From NCBI GenBank assembly GCA_011109175.1, contig RDEW01000081.1:7152-71151 (forward strand): a DNA stretch of 64,000 nt. Reading direction: 5' to 3'. The notes beneath the pieces are model-generated. The model worked only from the letters and a program-made list of their open reading frames with translations. It searched no databases and was not told the origin of the DNA. A program made the translations under genes and the position numbers. The first letter of the stretch is position 1, and every line of letters starts with the position of its first letter. Source of the stretch: Dicyema japonicum. Its lineage: Eukaryota > Animalia > Dicyemida. This document shows positions 35,701-47,952 of the stretch, one piece after another.

Positions 35701-37739
35701 TTAATATTTTGTTTATTCGCTGGATATTTTTTTAATCGTTGAATATTTGGTTAGGAATCTAAGTGTTCTTGAAGAGATCTAAAGAAACTTCACAATGTCA
35801 TTGAAGATACAAAAATCTCTAAGTAGTAGTCAAATGGTTGAGAAAATGATGTATCTCTAATGCATACGTATGTCTGCCTAGGTTTGTGATAGAAAAAGTT
35901 TTTGTCTTCTTTCTTTTCGTAGCATAAACAATGTGACAGACTTAGGGGTATCAATAACCAGAATTTATTACCAAATGAAATAGAGGATGAACGAAGATCA
36001 AAGCTGCGGCATTATTATTAGGACGAAAGAAGATCAAAGTTTTCCTAAACTTGATAAATTATTTTAAATAGCGGGTGCCCAAGTAAAACGTAGTAAGACA
36101 ATACTAGTGGATTCAGAGTTAAGATTGCTTAGTCGATTTTAATAGTGTGTGCCCAAGTAAAGCGTAGTAAGACAGTACTGGTGTGTGAAAAATATAAAGT
36201 CAAAAAAGTCAACATTATGAGTATTATCCAAAAATGTCAAAATTTTAATTTATTAGTGATAATTATTCCAAATAAATGAACCAAAGCATGTCCATTACAT
36301 CAGCTATACTAAACTAAAATATGCTGAATAGAATACTATTTGTTTTCTTGGTTCGCATTCTAATAGTCTTAGTTAAATTTATACTCAAAATATTGTTAGC
36401 CTGGATATGAGGATAATATATGAGTGTCAATACAATCTGATACTGGTGGAACGTCTTGTTCATCATTTCTTTAAGATCATCCAAATTCTGCTTTATCAAT
36501 TCAAATATAAGATCAATATTTTCATCATTCTTCATTCCACTCATTTTTAGAGAATAGCGGCGAATCTGTTATTTCAATAGTCTCCGTCACATATCTATTT
36601 AATATAATTCAAGTGTGAAAATACTATTGAAAATATTTACCACGGTCAAATTATCTTAATAGTGTCAAGGCAGACAATTCCCAAGTCTCCGGAGGCGACT
36701 CGAACCCATAACTTTAGTCTACAGCTTTCTTCGTTTTTAGAGACTTCTTGTCTTAATTGTCCCTTAAGTCCTTCATTCATATGTGCATATGAAGAAGAGG
36801 GATGAGGGCTATGAGATGAAGCCATTTAGTATCTGACTTCCATCAAAGCAGACAATTTCCAAGTTTCCGGAGAAAACTCGAACCCATAGCGGTACTCTAC
36901 TCGTTTCCTTAGTCCTTAACTACTTTTTGTATTGGCTCCTTTATTCACATAAACACGTGAGAAGAGAGAAAAAGGATATTTCCATCATGACGTGATGAAC
37001 GCATTCAGTAAACCAGGGTGCGTCACCAGTTTTTAAGCTACCAAGGATCAAACTAATAAGAGATAAGGGAATCCTTAGTATAGAAGATTATCAATAAAGC
37101 ACGTTTCGAAAAATCAATAATCAATTTTCTCGACTTTCATTTTTTGGAAAAAAAATCTACCATATTTAATGAATGAGTTCTCAGACAGGAAGTCCTTCAT
37201 CCGTCTTATTTTTCTCATGGGAGTTTTATTTTATATAGACGGCATAGTAGTGCTTCTCGGAAACATTATCGATTTTTGATATATCAGACAAAAAAACATT
37301 CAGGTGACTTTTAAAATCTCTCACTCTGGTTATTTCAGAGTTTAGAAGAAAGAAACAGTCATCAACAAATCTACCATGCGGGAATCCATATCGCTGGTTA
37401 TTAGGAAATCCCCATTCATTTCAATAATATGGAACAGTCTATTATAAACTATTTATTACTATGTGCTATTCGTCCAGAATTTTCTACTATAAAGTACCTT
37501 GAAGATTAACATACATAACACCATCAAAGGTTAGTTTGAGAAGAGGAAATTCCTTTGATTTCCATCTATTCCGTTCAAGGCAGTCCTCTCAAAGAATAAA
37601 CATTTCTGAAATGTTTATTGAAAAAATTAAATTTAACAAAAACGGACAATGAAGAAAATTATCATACTTTTAATTTCACTTTAATCGGCAGTCAAGAGAA
37701 GATAAAGCTAATTAAGTTTTAAATCGGCGCTATTAGACA

Positions 37740-39457
37740 CTGTCAACCATTTACATAAAACATGTTATTCCTTGTGTAATTAAAGTCATTCTCATTATAT
37801 AACAACACGCCACACAAGGAAGAACATTCAATACCCACGATTGATCCCAAGAAACACGACCTCGCGGAAGTGTGCAAAGTTACGGACGTACTAACGAAAC
37901 CTAATGCTCTTGACAACAGGGCTCTATTGATCACAGTGGATTCTACTATGAGTGCGATAAAAATTGCAAACGTTTTACGATACTATGACCAATACAGATC
38001 TTTGAGGATGAGCCACAGAGGACCGGGCTTCTTCCGGCTAGATTTTATGGACAACTCACACATGGCCACCTTCATGGAGACCATAAATGAGACCTATCCC
38101 TTTGGTCGTGACAACCACAACTTCAGGGCAATCTCAACCAAACCATCTGAGATTGTCCTAGGAACCTTCTATTCTGGGTGAAGAAAGACGACCTTTTGGA
38201 TTACCTCCAGGAGATGGCTTCCTCAGCCACACAGGTCACGCGAATGTTCAGAGGATCGTAAGCCATGCCAATGGCGAAGATCTTGATTAACAGTAAACCA
38301 AAGGCCACATCATTAATACGCTGTGGCTTCTTCATCGGAACAAACAAGATCTCTTGTGAGTGGAAGAGAAGAGGACCGCCAATCTGCTACAACTGTCAGC
38401 AGGTCGGTCATTTTGCATACCAGTGCACGGGAAAGAAGTAATGTTTCCGTTGCGCGGGAGAACATGACACCTCCAAATGCAATGCGGATACGGATGCTGA
38501 ACCTAAGTGTATAAACTGCGGATCAACAAAACACGGTGCAAGATATGGAGGATGCCCTGTGCTCGTGGAGGCCAGGCGAAAGTTAAATCCTCCAACTAAA
38601 AATCCGGAAATGAAACCTATGAACGCCATAGACGACAAATTTGAAATACTAACACGAAAAAGAATTATTGGTCCAAGGACTAATAAGCTCTCTTCAGCTA
38701 ATCTTCCACAGGAATCGGCTTGGCAAACCAACGAAAAAATACCAGGAAGAATCAAAAAAGGAACTAGAGGATATCATAACAAGACTGAAAGAAATAAGCA
38801 ACGTACTAGGAGTGGATTTACGGGAAATGGTGGATCTGGCCACCAAAAAGAAATTTGAAAAGAAACCTAAAGATAGTGCTGGTGAACGCCCGATCCCTGA
38901 AGAAGAGGCGTGATGACCTAACACTACTCATGTCGTCCACCAAGATTGACATCCTGGTGGTCAATGAGACCAAAATAAAAAGGATCAACACAGCAACAAT
39001 AAAAGGTTATAATTCAATAGAAATACCATGGGTCGAAAGCCCAGAGGCTGGTACTGGAACCACATTGTTCTACAACGATGTTCTACATGTACGTGAGCCA
39101 AGAGTTACCTCGAACACACATTGTGAATTTGTTACTATTGAGATACGCTGTTGTAACCGTTGGATACATATTGGAGAAATGTACTCCAAGGACCTAAGAA
39201 AATGCTCCACAGAAATCAAAAATTTCTTCGCAGAGAACAACTTGTCTATCCTAGTGGGGGATCTGAACGCCAAGAACTCTAAATATAGATGCATCAAAAC
39301 ATACAAAGATGGAATCAGGTTAAGAAGACTAAGTGACAAGGCAGGCTTCGAGGTAATAACCTCGGAAAGCCAAATCACTACTTGTACCACATCGGAAACA
39401 TGCTTGGGGTCTTCCTGGTGTCACCACTACTATGCACTTATGTGGAGCAACCAATGA
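37740..39457 (+). mobile_element. LINE family A, ORF1 + endonuclease portion (frameshifted)
   Basis: ICYNCQQVGHFAYQC, CFRCAGEHDTSKC and CINCGSTKH knuckles, followed by VLVNARSL...VGDLNAK. Confidence 0.88.
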
Positions 39458-39459
39458 TC

Positions 39460-40450
39460 ATGATAGATTTTGTTAAAGTGCAACTGCCCTTCCTCTCTGT
39501 TTGTTATTGAAGTTTTCAATCAAAATTTTTAATTTGTCTGAAATGTCTGCTTCCCAGAGTCCATACTCTTTTGCTTCTTGCCGTTTTTTTCTGATCTCCT
39601 TCTCCAAAGCATGTATGCCCATTTTCACAATTAAACTAGTGTGCTATCAAGGGACTTGAAGTTAGCCGGGTTGAAACCATATAAATAATATTCGATTAAG
39701 TCAACAAACTTTCTCCATTCGACATTTATGTAGTTAGTGAATAATATGGGCATTCTTTCAGAGGAAACTCTTCCTTTAAGCGGGATAAGTATTGTGTTGT
39801 GGTCACTTCTGATATTGTAGTGCATCATCCAATTGGTTAGTGTGGCAATGTTCTGGAAGCAAGTGTAAGGTTAGGAGAGGACGTCCTACCGTTAAGTCTA
39901 AAGAGTTTTTTATTGAATAGATGGTTGTTTAATATCATTAGATTATCCAGATTCGACTATATTTAATCACCCCTGGTATCTTCTAACTGATTTTTGAACC
40001 ACATTGGATTCTTTGCATTCAGGTCACCACATAATAACAGGTAATCAAAATTGTGGACATCTACCAGTGAGAATCTAAAATCTTAGTAACAGGAATAATG
40101 AGGGGGTATATACATATTTATAAGGGTGATGTTACTGACGATTGTTGAAAGTGGGATGGCGATGTACTCAGTGGGAGAAGGAGATTATGTTTCTCAAGTG
40201 TTTGCTGAAAATCATTAGTAAGTCATATGTGACCCCCAGTATTTTGGTTGAATTTGTGGAGGGCATTGTCATTTCATTTAGGGTCATTGAAGGCGCCGAG
40301 TTAGTTAATCTTCTATTGGAAGTAAAGATCATGGAGCACGACTATTCAGGACTTGTGTGTAATTGGTTCTTCGTAAGCCAACAGTTCAGGTTGTCCAGTA
40401 AATCTTATAAACGGGTACCCGCTGTGTGGATACACTCGCTTTGCTGTCAA
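39460..40450 (-). mobile_element. Rearranged LINE family C fragment (RT thumb fused upstream of EN)
   Basis: The minus strand reads KILGVTYDLLMIFSKHL, then INMYIPP...LCGDLNAKNP...IRSDHNTI. Confidence 0.6.
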
Positions 40451-43300
40451 GATTAAGTTGTCAGCATAAGCAAGAAACAAGGTATCGTCTCAGGGAGTAT
40501 TAAAAAAGAGCTAAAGGAAATAGTATCAAGACTGAAGGAACTAAGTAACATACTCGGAGTGGATTTACGCAATATGGTGGACCTGGCCATGGAGAGTCCG
40601 GGCCACCAACAAGAAAATTGAAAAGAAACTTGATAGTGCTGGTGAACGCCCGATCCCTAAAGAAGAGGCGTCATGACCTGGCACTACTACTATCGTCCAC
40701 CAAGATTGACATCCTGGTGGTCAACGAGACCAAAGTGAAAAAGACCAACAACACAATGCTAGAGGGATACAATTCTATAGAAATTCCATGGGTCGAAGGT
40801 GCAGAAGCTGGTACTGGAACCACATTGTTCTACAGTGAAGTTCTACAGATACGTGAGCCAAAAATTATTATGAATACACACTGTGAATTTGTTTCCGTCG
40901 AGGTGAGATGCTGCGGCAGTTGGAATGTATTCAAAAGACCTTAGAAAGTGTTCCGCAGAAATTGAAGAATTCTTCACAAGAAATGATATGTCTATTCTAG
41001 TGGGTGATCTAAATGCCAAAAACATTGAATATGGATGCCTCGGTACTAACGATGATGGAATCAGACTGATGAAATTGAGTGATAAAACTGGATTTGAGAT
41101 TTTGACATCGGAAAAACCGAATCATTACTCGCACTACGGGGGAGACATGCTTGGGGTGTTCCTGGTGTCACCATCACTCTACAATTATGTAGAAAAGCAG
41201 ATGATCATGTGGGACATCGGAAGTGATCATATACCCCAAGAGATGTTATTGAACCTAGCTCCAGACTCCATGGACTCTGTGTTTACAGGTTACGACCTAA
41301 CAAGAATAAACTGGGAACACTACAGAAGGTACATATCAAGAAACCTCAAACACTGGAAGATTAAAGATTATTCCCGAAGTGATATCGACATCATAGACAA
41401 TGAACTCTCTATCATGATGGAGACATATTTAATGCTTTACGCAAGAAGGAGATCCTCAAGTACTAATCATGGAAAGAGCATCAGTCTTTCGAATTCCACA
41501 TATCTTTGATCAATGAAAGGAATCGCCTGAGGACTAAACTCAGAAGATGTGTGGACTGGATAGACCGGATTGCACTGACCGGACAATTGAAGATAACAAA
41601 AAACGCCATTGAAGAAGGAATAAGACTATCTCAAGAACAATGTTTGAGGGTAGAAGCAAGCAAACTAAACACCAAAGACCCCTCGTTCTGGAAGTTCTAC
41701 AAAAAAATAACTAGCCAGAAAAGGAATGACATAAAAATCTCCTTGACCAAGCCAGAAGGTGGACTGTGTTCTATGGAAGAAGCCCCAGATATTTTTAAGA
41801 AACAACTGGACCGTATTCAGGGGATCAACCCGATGGAGCTTATTCCGAGGGAGACGTTAGATTCTTCACGTGAAATTTTAACCTACTGTTTGGACGATCT
41901 TAAAAATACTGAAATGAAAATAACCACGGATGAAGTCATGGCTGCAATCATGAAATGCAAGGCTAACGTGCTGGACTTGACCATCTAAGCATGAGATTGT
42001 TCAAGGAAGCCCCAGAGGCTCTATTTCCGATACTGAAGAATTTATTCAATGCAAGCATTCATCATGGTCATGTCCCAAAACGCTGGAAATCTTTCATTGT
42101 CAGAATGATACTGAAACCGGGAAAATCGAGGAGGGACCCTCTCAGCTATAGGCCGATAAGCTTCATCTGTTCGATCTCCAAGATTATCTAACGAATTATC
42201 TTCAGAAGGCTTAACGACCACATAGAAGAAAGTGGTTTCTTCCTCGCAGAACAATGGGGCTTCAGACCTGGAAAATCATGCACGGACTGTATCTACCAGA
42301 TGCATTCAACGGTATTGAGAGGTCTGGAAGTCAAAAGACTAGTCAACCTGGTATGTTTGGATCTGTCCAAGGCTTTTGATAGTGTGTGGCACGAAGCATT
42401 CCTATCAAGGCTAGCAGCTGCTCAGATCCAAAAGAAACTTCTCATATGGATAAAAGATTTCCTAACAAAACGGATTTCCCAAGTACGTGTTAAAGCACAT
42501 ATGTCGAAAAACATCATACTGAAGAGGGGAGTTCCTCAGGGTTCCGTCCTGAGCCCTCTGCTATTCAACATATTCCTATCAGATTTTCCAACTCCACCGG
42601 ATATAACACAAAACTATTGATATACGCCGATGATATTCTGATCACAGATACATCTGGCAAATCAACTCTTTCGGAGAAAAGGATCATGTCATTCATTAGA
42701 CAAGTTCAGGACTGGTGCACAAAAAGAGGGATGAGATTGTCTACTGAGAAATCCAGCTCTCTACGAGTAAGTCGCCTAAGGAGGCATCAGAAGCAGCCTT
42801 ACTCATTAGAGATTCCTAAAGTAAACTCAATGCGCTACCTCGGGATAGCAATCGATGGAATGGTTCCTTCATGGAGGACATAAGACAAAGAAGGAAGAAG
42901 GCGCTTCAAGCACTCTTATGTACGAGAAAGTTGTTTGTAAGCCTGGAAACCTTCTTGTTCATCTTCATGAGGATCATCCTACCGGAACTGCTATATGGAT
43001 GCGTAGCATGGTTTTTCTCTTGCCAAAGAGAAAGAAGAATGTTTCTCATGGAAAAAACCAGAAGGTCGGCAATAAAGTTTGCTTTAGGAAAAGGCTCTGG
43101 GATGCTCTCAGTACTGAAGAAGACATGATTCTAACTCCTGTTAAAAACATCGTAGAGAAAAGAATCAATGCGATCCGACGATAGAAGATAACTAAATGGA
43201 GTGTGGATACATCAGAAGTGTCCAGGCCGCATAGTCGGACACGTTTAAATATCCTAAAAATAACTCCTTACTTACTTTGGAATAAATCTGGTTTGGTTTG
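40450..43300 (+). mobile_element. LINE family A, end of ORF1 + near-complete frameshifted ORF2 + 3' end
   Basis: EN (VNARSL, GDLNAK, GSDHIP), RT (SYRPIS, LDLSKAFDSVWH, GVPQGSVLSPLLFNIF, IYADD, RYLG), then AATAAA at 43281 and a (GGTTT)n tail. Confidence 0.9.
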
Positions 43301-43335
43301 GTCTCTTCTTGGCTTTTGGCTAAAATCAAAGTGTA
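43301..43335 (+). ncRNA. U2 snRNA 5' fragment (pseudogene), truncated in the branch-point recognition sequence
   Basis: GTCTCTTCTTGGCTTTTGGCTAAAATCAAAGTGTA versus the canonical metazoan U2 5' end ATCGCTTCTCGGCCTTTTGGCTAAGATCAAGTGTA (4 mismatches and 2 single-base indels by eye). Confidence 0.65.
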
Positions 43336-44920
43336 TGAAAAATTCCCCGAGGTAAAAAGAGTAATTTAACCTTTTTGATGCAATTCTGGCACTATGCGCT
43401 TTCTAAGCAGGTAAATCACATGTCATGATTATAATAACGTAATGAAATGAAGGAACTGAAGAAAATTCAAGAAACTCTTGACCAAGTAACCAGGATGATC
43501 ATATGCAAAGATCATAGTAACCACTAATTATAAAACTTCATGAAACTCTTGGGACCGGGATAGTCTATTAGAGAAAAACTAACCATAAAGTCATTGATAA
43601 ATGTAGGATGTGATTTTTCAACTGAGGAGACGAAATCATCTCGTAAAATGAATTATTCCATATCACCAGTTTGGTTAAAAAATTAAGAGTTTGAGCTGAT
43701 GTAGCTCTATAGAACTAAATATCTTGATATTCCTGTGACGGACGTAATCCATTTTTCAATCTGACTGTGGTCAAATGACTGACTCGGAGACATCGATACA
43801 TCATGTCCACGAAATAAAAACACCCCACATCAATATTATGGAATTCATATCCTATTAAGCTTATATTTGGACAAATATTACGGTTAACTCATTATTCATT
43901 TTCTGTTCATACAACTTGTTGAGAATAATTGGGGATATATTGGATTTACATTATTACCAGGTTTATTTGCTTCTTTTTCATAACAATTTTTCATATATCT
44001 GAAATATATTAGCAGTTCCGACCATGATCAGGGATGACAAGTGTTCATTGTCAACTTTGTTCTCTGAGAATATTTTGTTGATTTCGTAAAGGAAAACAAC
44101 TGTTGTAAGTGGAACCGTACATTGCATAATCATCGTTTAAAACTTTTTGAAGTTTGTAAAAATTTCAGGAAACTATGAGTAGAAATCAGGTATCCTCACT
44201 TATAGGTATTTTGCTATGAGTACAGAATTAGAATGTATTTCTAATAGTTTCATCACAAGTTTTCATCTTGAAAACATTAGCATTCAAATGATGAGAAATT
44301 ACTAAACATGAAACTCTGTTGACAATAATCATATTTAACAAATATTTTATGCAGTTAGGAAAATGAACAAATTTTTCAATTGCGACTTTTATAACCTTAG
44401 TTTTGTAATGAAACATATTAAACCAGAGACCACGGTTACACAAGCTAACTAATCACGTGATTCCAGCACACTCTTGCAGAGACCTCAACTTGATGCTCCT
44501 CCTTCGACACCACACAAGCACGTATCGGCTGTACAATCGATGTTCGTAATTTACCGGCCACGTTCCTCTTTGTTAAGTATTAAACACACTAAATATTAAC
44601 TACACAGTTAATTGATTAAACATTGTATACATCTTATACCTGCGTTAATTGTATTTACCACTTCTTGGGAAAGGATTACGTTTAATCGTTTTATGAAAGA
44701 TTGATATTTTGTATAATCTCAACAAAAAATGCTAACATTATTCAACCCAAGTCTTAGAGAAAGGATTTGTCTACAATTAAAGAATTTTTATGTGCTACTT
44801 TACATTAAACCACAATATTAGTATAAATGTCGCATAATGATTATGTAAAAAGACATAGTTGTGAAACTATTACTTTTGCAACGAGTTTGTAATAAAGTGA
44901 AAGTTTATAACAAATCAAAT

Positions 44921-46307
44921 CTAACATTTATTTCCCTTGTTAGTATTACTAACCGACAATGGAGTCTAAATAACATAAAAAATACAGAATGGGTATATTT
45001 TGACTGTTCTCCTCTACTCTTTTTCACACTATCCTTACCAGATACCTTACTATCACTGATTCTTTGCTTCTCTTCAGTCACAAGTTCTTTGAAAGCCCCT
45101 TTTTGTTCTTCAATCAATTCACTCAGTTCCTCATCATCAATAACAAATCCTAATATTTTTGCATCCAGCTTTCCACACTCATTGTTAAACCTCTGTAAAT
45201 CCGCAGCATCCTTCAACAGAAAACCCCCTCTGTTTCTGAGTCGGTCAGGGTCACTCGATTTAGCTCCAATCGTCATTATAGATGACATACACTCCTTCCA
45301 CTTGTTAATATTACTCGTAAAAACTGATATTCTTTCCTTCATTCTTCTCACATGACTGAGTTTGTCTATAATATCTCTGACACTGTCGTCCATAGTCATA
45401 ACAGGGACCTGTTTATTCCCAAAATACATCAATTTCATTTCAGTATCAAGACACTCCAATAGAGAGCTCTTTTTTTCATTGAGAATAAACTTAAGTTCTG
45501 ACACCTTGTTAGTCCATTCTGTAATCAAATCCAAAGATATAGAGTCCACAGCTCTCGGGAAGCACACGTGCACACCAATAAGTGACAAATTATTCGAAAG
45601 GCTCTCACCAGTTGACACCAAAGACTGCATAAGAGTTTCTCTCCTGTAGAGTTCCTTCTTTAATTCTTCAATGTAGCGTCTACATTCCAGTAGAAAGTCT
45701 TCAGAAAGTACGTCCGTATGAGAACAGAATATCTCAGAAGCAGGAACATCAGATAGTCGTCCAAGAATGTCAGTAATCTCAGAGTAATACATGTTGTATT
45801 TGTCAGAGTTCAATTTTACTTGAGTCTCTTGAATATCAACCAGTTGCTGAGCCATTTCCAAAGACTCCAACAAGGGAACTACGCTTTCGTCAAACTTAAT
45901 CATTTCCTCCTCGAGCAAAAGAGAATACTTTCTGTTCAAATCATAAAGTTTATTCTTCTCTGACATTCGTTTTTCTTTTTCGGAAACCATTTTTTCATAA
46001 TATTTGGTTATTTTCTCACATTTTTGAATGAGGTTTAGCCTGGATCAACCTCTTTGCATTCAAACCCAAGTTCCTTTGCGAGAAAATCGGCTTCTTCCTT
46101 CTTGCTGCAAATTTCCTTATCTAGTGATATTTTTGATAGTTCCTCATCTTCAAGTACTATGAATATCCTGTTTTTTATGTTATCAAAAAATTTGCTCTGT
46201 CTTTCAAGGCGATAGTCATTTGAAAGCCCAACTTCATCCCATATAGCATCAAATTTACTAAAAGCCATTGGAAGATTCAAAAGCTCAGAAACATTAACGT
46301 CCCACAT
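44921..46307 (-). CDS. prc1: PRC1/Ase1/MAP65 microtubule-bundling protein with one frameshift near 46039 and a probable 20-nt terminal intron
   Basis: N-terminal DAIWDEVG..DYRLER and the hallmark AKSSDPDRLRNRGGFLL; coiled-coil composition. Intron 44966-44985 (gtattttttatgttatttag) gives the C-terminus ...HSTPLSVSNTNKGNKC*. Confidence 0.85.
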
Positions 46308-47952
46308 TGAGATAGAAACGAATTCCGCCAAAGTATTTTAAATTTATATATATTTTTAATATTATACTTTATTAATTTTATTAACACTTTTTGAAAGTTT
46401 ACGTATTTTACGGAAAAAATTCAAATGTTGACACTCTGAACCCATGGACAAAAGATCTTGGAGACAATGCTGTATTCCTCACCACCATCTACATACGATT
46501 TATCTGACCAGTATTGACCCTTGCTAGTGCAACGTGGTCAAGGGTTATTTCCCGTTTTGATGAATAAACTGACCAAAATTTAGAAAACAGATAACAGAAT
46601 CATCAGTCCTAATTTCAACTGATTCAATAATGCACTTGCCTAAATATATTATGTAACACTGTATTTCCCCAGCTAGACACAAAACAACATTTGTTGGAAT
46701 CAGAAAAGATTCAAATGAAAACCGCAATATTCAATCAATTACATTTTATGCAAAATCCACATGCGGATTCGCGATTTAAGGTTCGCATTCCAGCCGATCT
46801 TTTTTGAGACGTCTGACGTACTTGGCCCGAACACGTCTAAGTTTTTCAGTTTAATCGCTCTGTTTGCAGGACTGCTAAAGGGAGAGTCTAGAAAGACACG
46901 ATGGCACTTCTAGAACTGAAAAAGATTGAACCGATTAAGAAGCTGGCAAAAAGCAACCAAATATTACTCCCAGAATCTTCCAGAAATTATTAAAACTGTC
47001 TCTGAATTTGAAGGAGATGGAGTTTTTTCAATAATGTTTCGATTTTAATTATTTTTGGCAAAAAAATCAGTTACTCATTCAAATGAAAAATTTTATGCAG
47101 ATCTGAACAAAATATAATTTTCATCAGATCAGAGCAATATAAAAAAATTATATTTCAAAAAACCTTTCAGAAATCTGGGATACTAAGTATTCTTGATTTC
47201 TCTTTTTTTAAATTTTTTCGCCAGAAATTTACTCATACCTTCAAAATGCAATAATTGATTTCGTTAATTTTTTATAATGCAATTCGTACAGTTAAAAAAA
47301 ATTTCATGCAAATTTTTTTTAAAAATTCCAATTTTCTTGTTTCCCTAATATTTTTTTTAATTAGATTAAAATACATTTTCTCTATGACGGGAAAAGAATC
47401 ACAACCAATTTTTAAAGAACATGGTATTTAATTTTCCTAAGATACGCCTGTCTTTCATGAAACATTTGATTAAGATTCTGTATGGTAAAGATCACAGTTA
47501 TTATTAGAGGCCTAGGAAGAAATCCCATTCATATCAACAGTGAACGATACAGGATAATATAAAATAGTTACAACAATATCGAGGTCATCAACGCAGTCGT
47601 CCATATCCTTTTTGAGGCAAATTTAATAAGTCTGATTTTCTTATGTAATTCCTCCCTTTCTTCACTCTCTGTTGAAGCGCTTAATCCATTTTAACGTATA
47701 TCGATGACTATTGTCAGATGAACAGTATGGCTATCCAATCTCCCTAACTTTTAATTTCTTATAATTAATGGTTTATTAATCACTTTCCACAGTATTAACT
47801 GTAGAGAAAAGATTTTTACTATTGATAAAATTATTATGTAAAGACAAATTTTTTAATCTGAAAACGTTTTGAATTACACAATTCTAAATTTTAATAGTCT
47901 TTGATAAGCTTTTTCATATTATTATTTATTTAAGCACTTCACAAGAGCCATA

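Larger units (their letters stand above)
25920..36115. repeat. Copy 1 of a ~10-kb direct duplicated block
   Basis: Collinear, high-identity match to 50860-61337 apart from three large indels. Confidence 0.9.

Noticed and set aside
44440-44570. GC-richer island suggestive of an SRP or 5.8S RNA fragment
   Set aside because: Only a few-base motif resemblance; no convincing alignment or structure by eye.
44861-45649. Plus-strand ORFs of 164 and 95 aa
   Set aside because: Antisense shadows of the PRC1 coding sequence.
46030-46045. Programmed ribosomal frameshift or a 10-nt intron (GTTGATCCAG) in PRC1
   Set aside because: There is no slippery sequence, and removing the 10-nt segment leads to a nearby stop in the wrong frame.
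5304-46307. Alternative genetic code (stop-codon reassignment) as the explanation for the broken ORFs
   Set aside because: Breaks are explained by micro-introns and indels; stops differ between paralogous copies, all three stop codons appear as lesions, and TAA and TAG terminate the genes normally.
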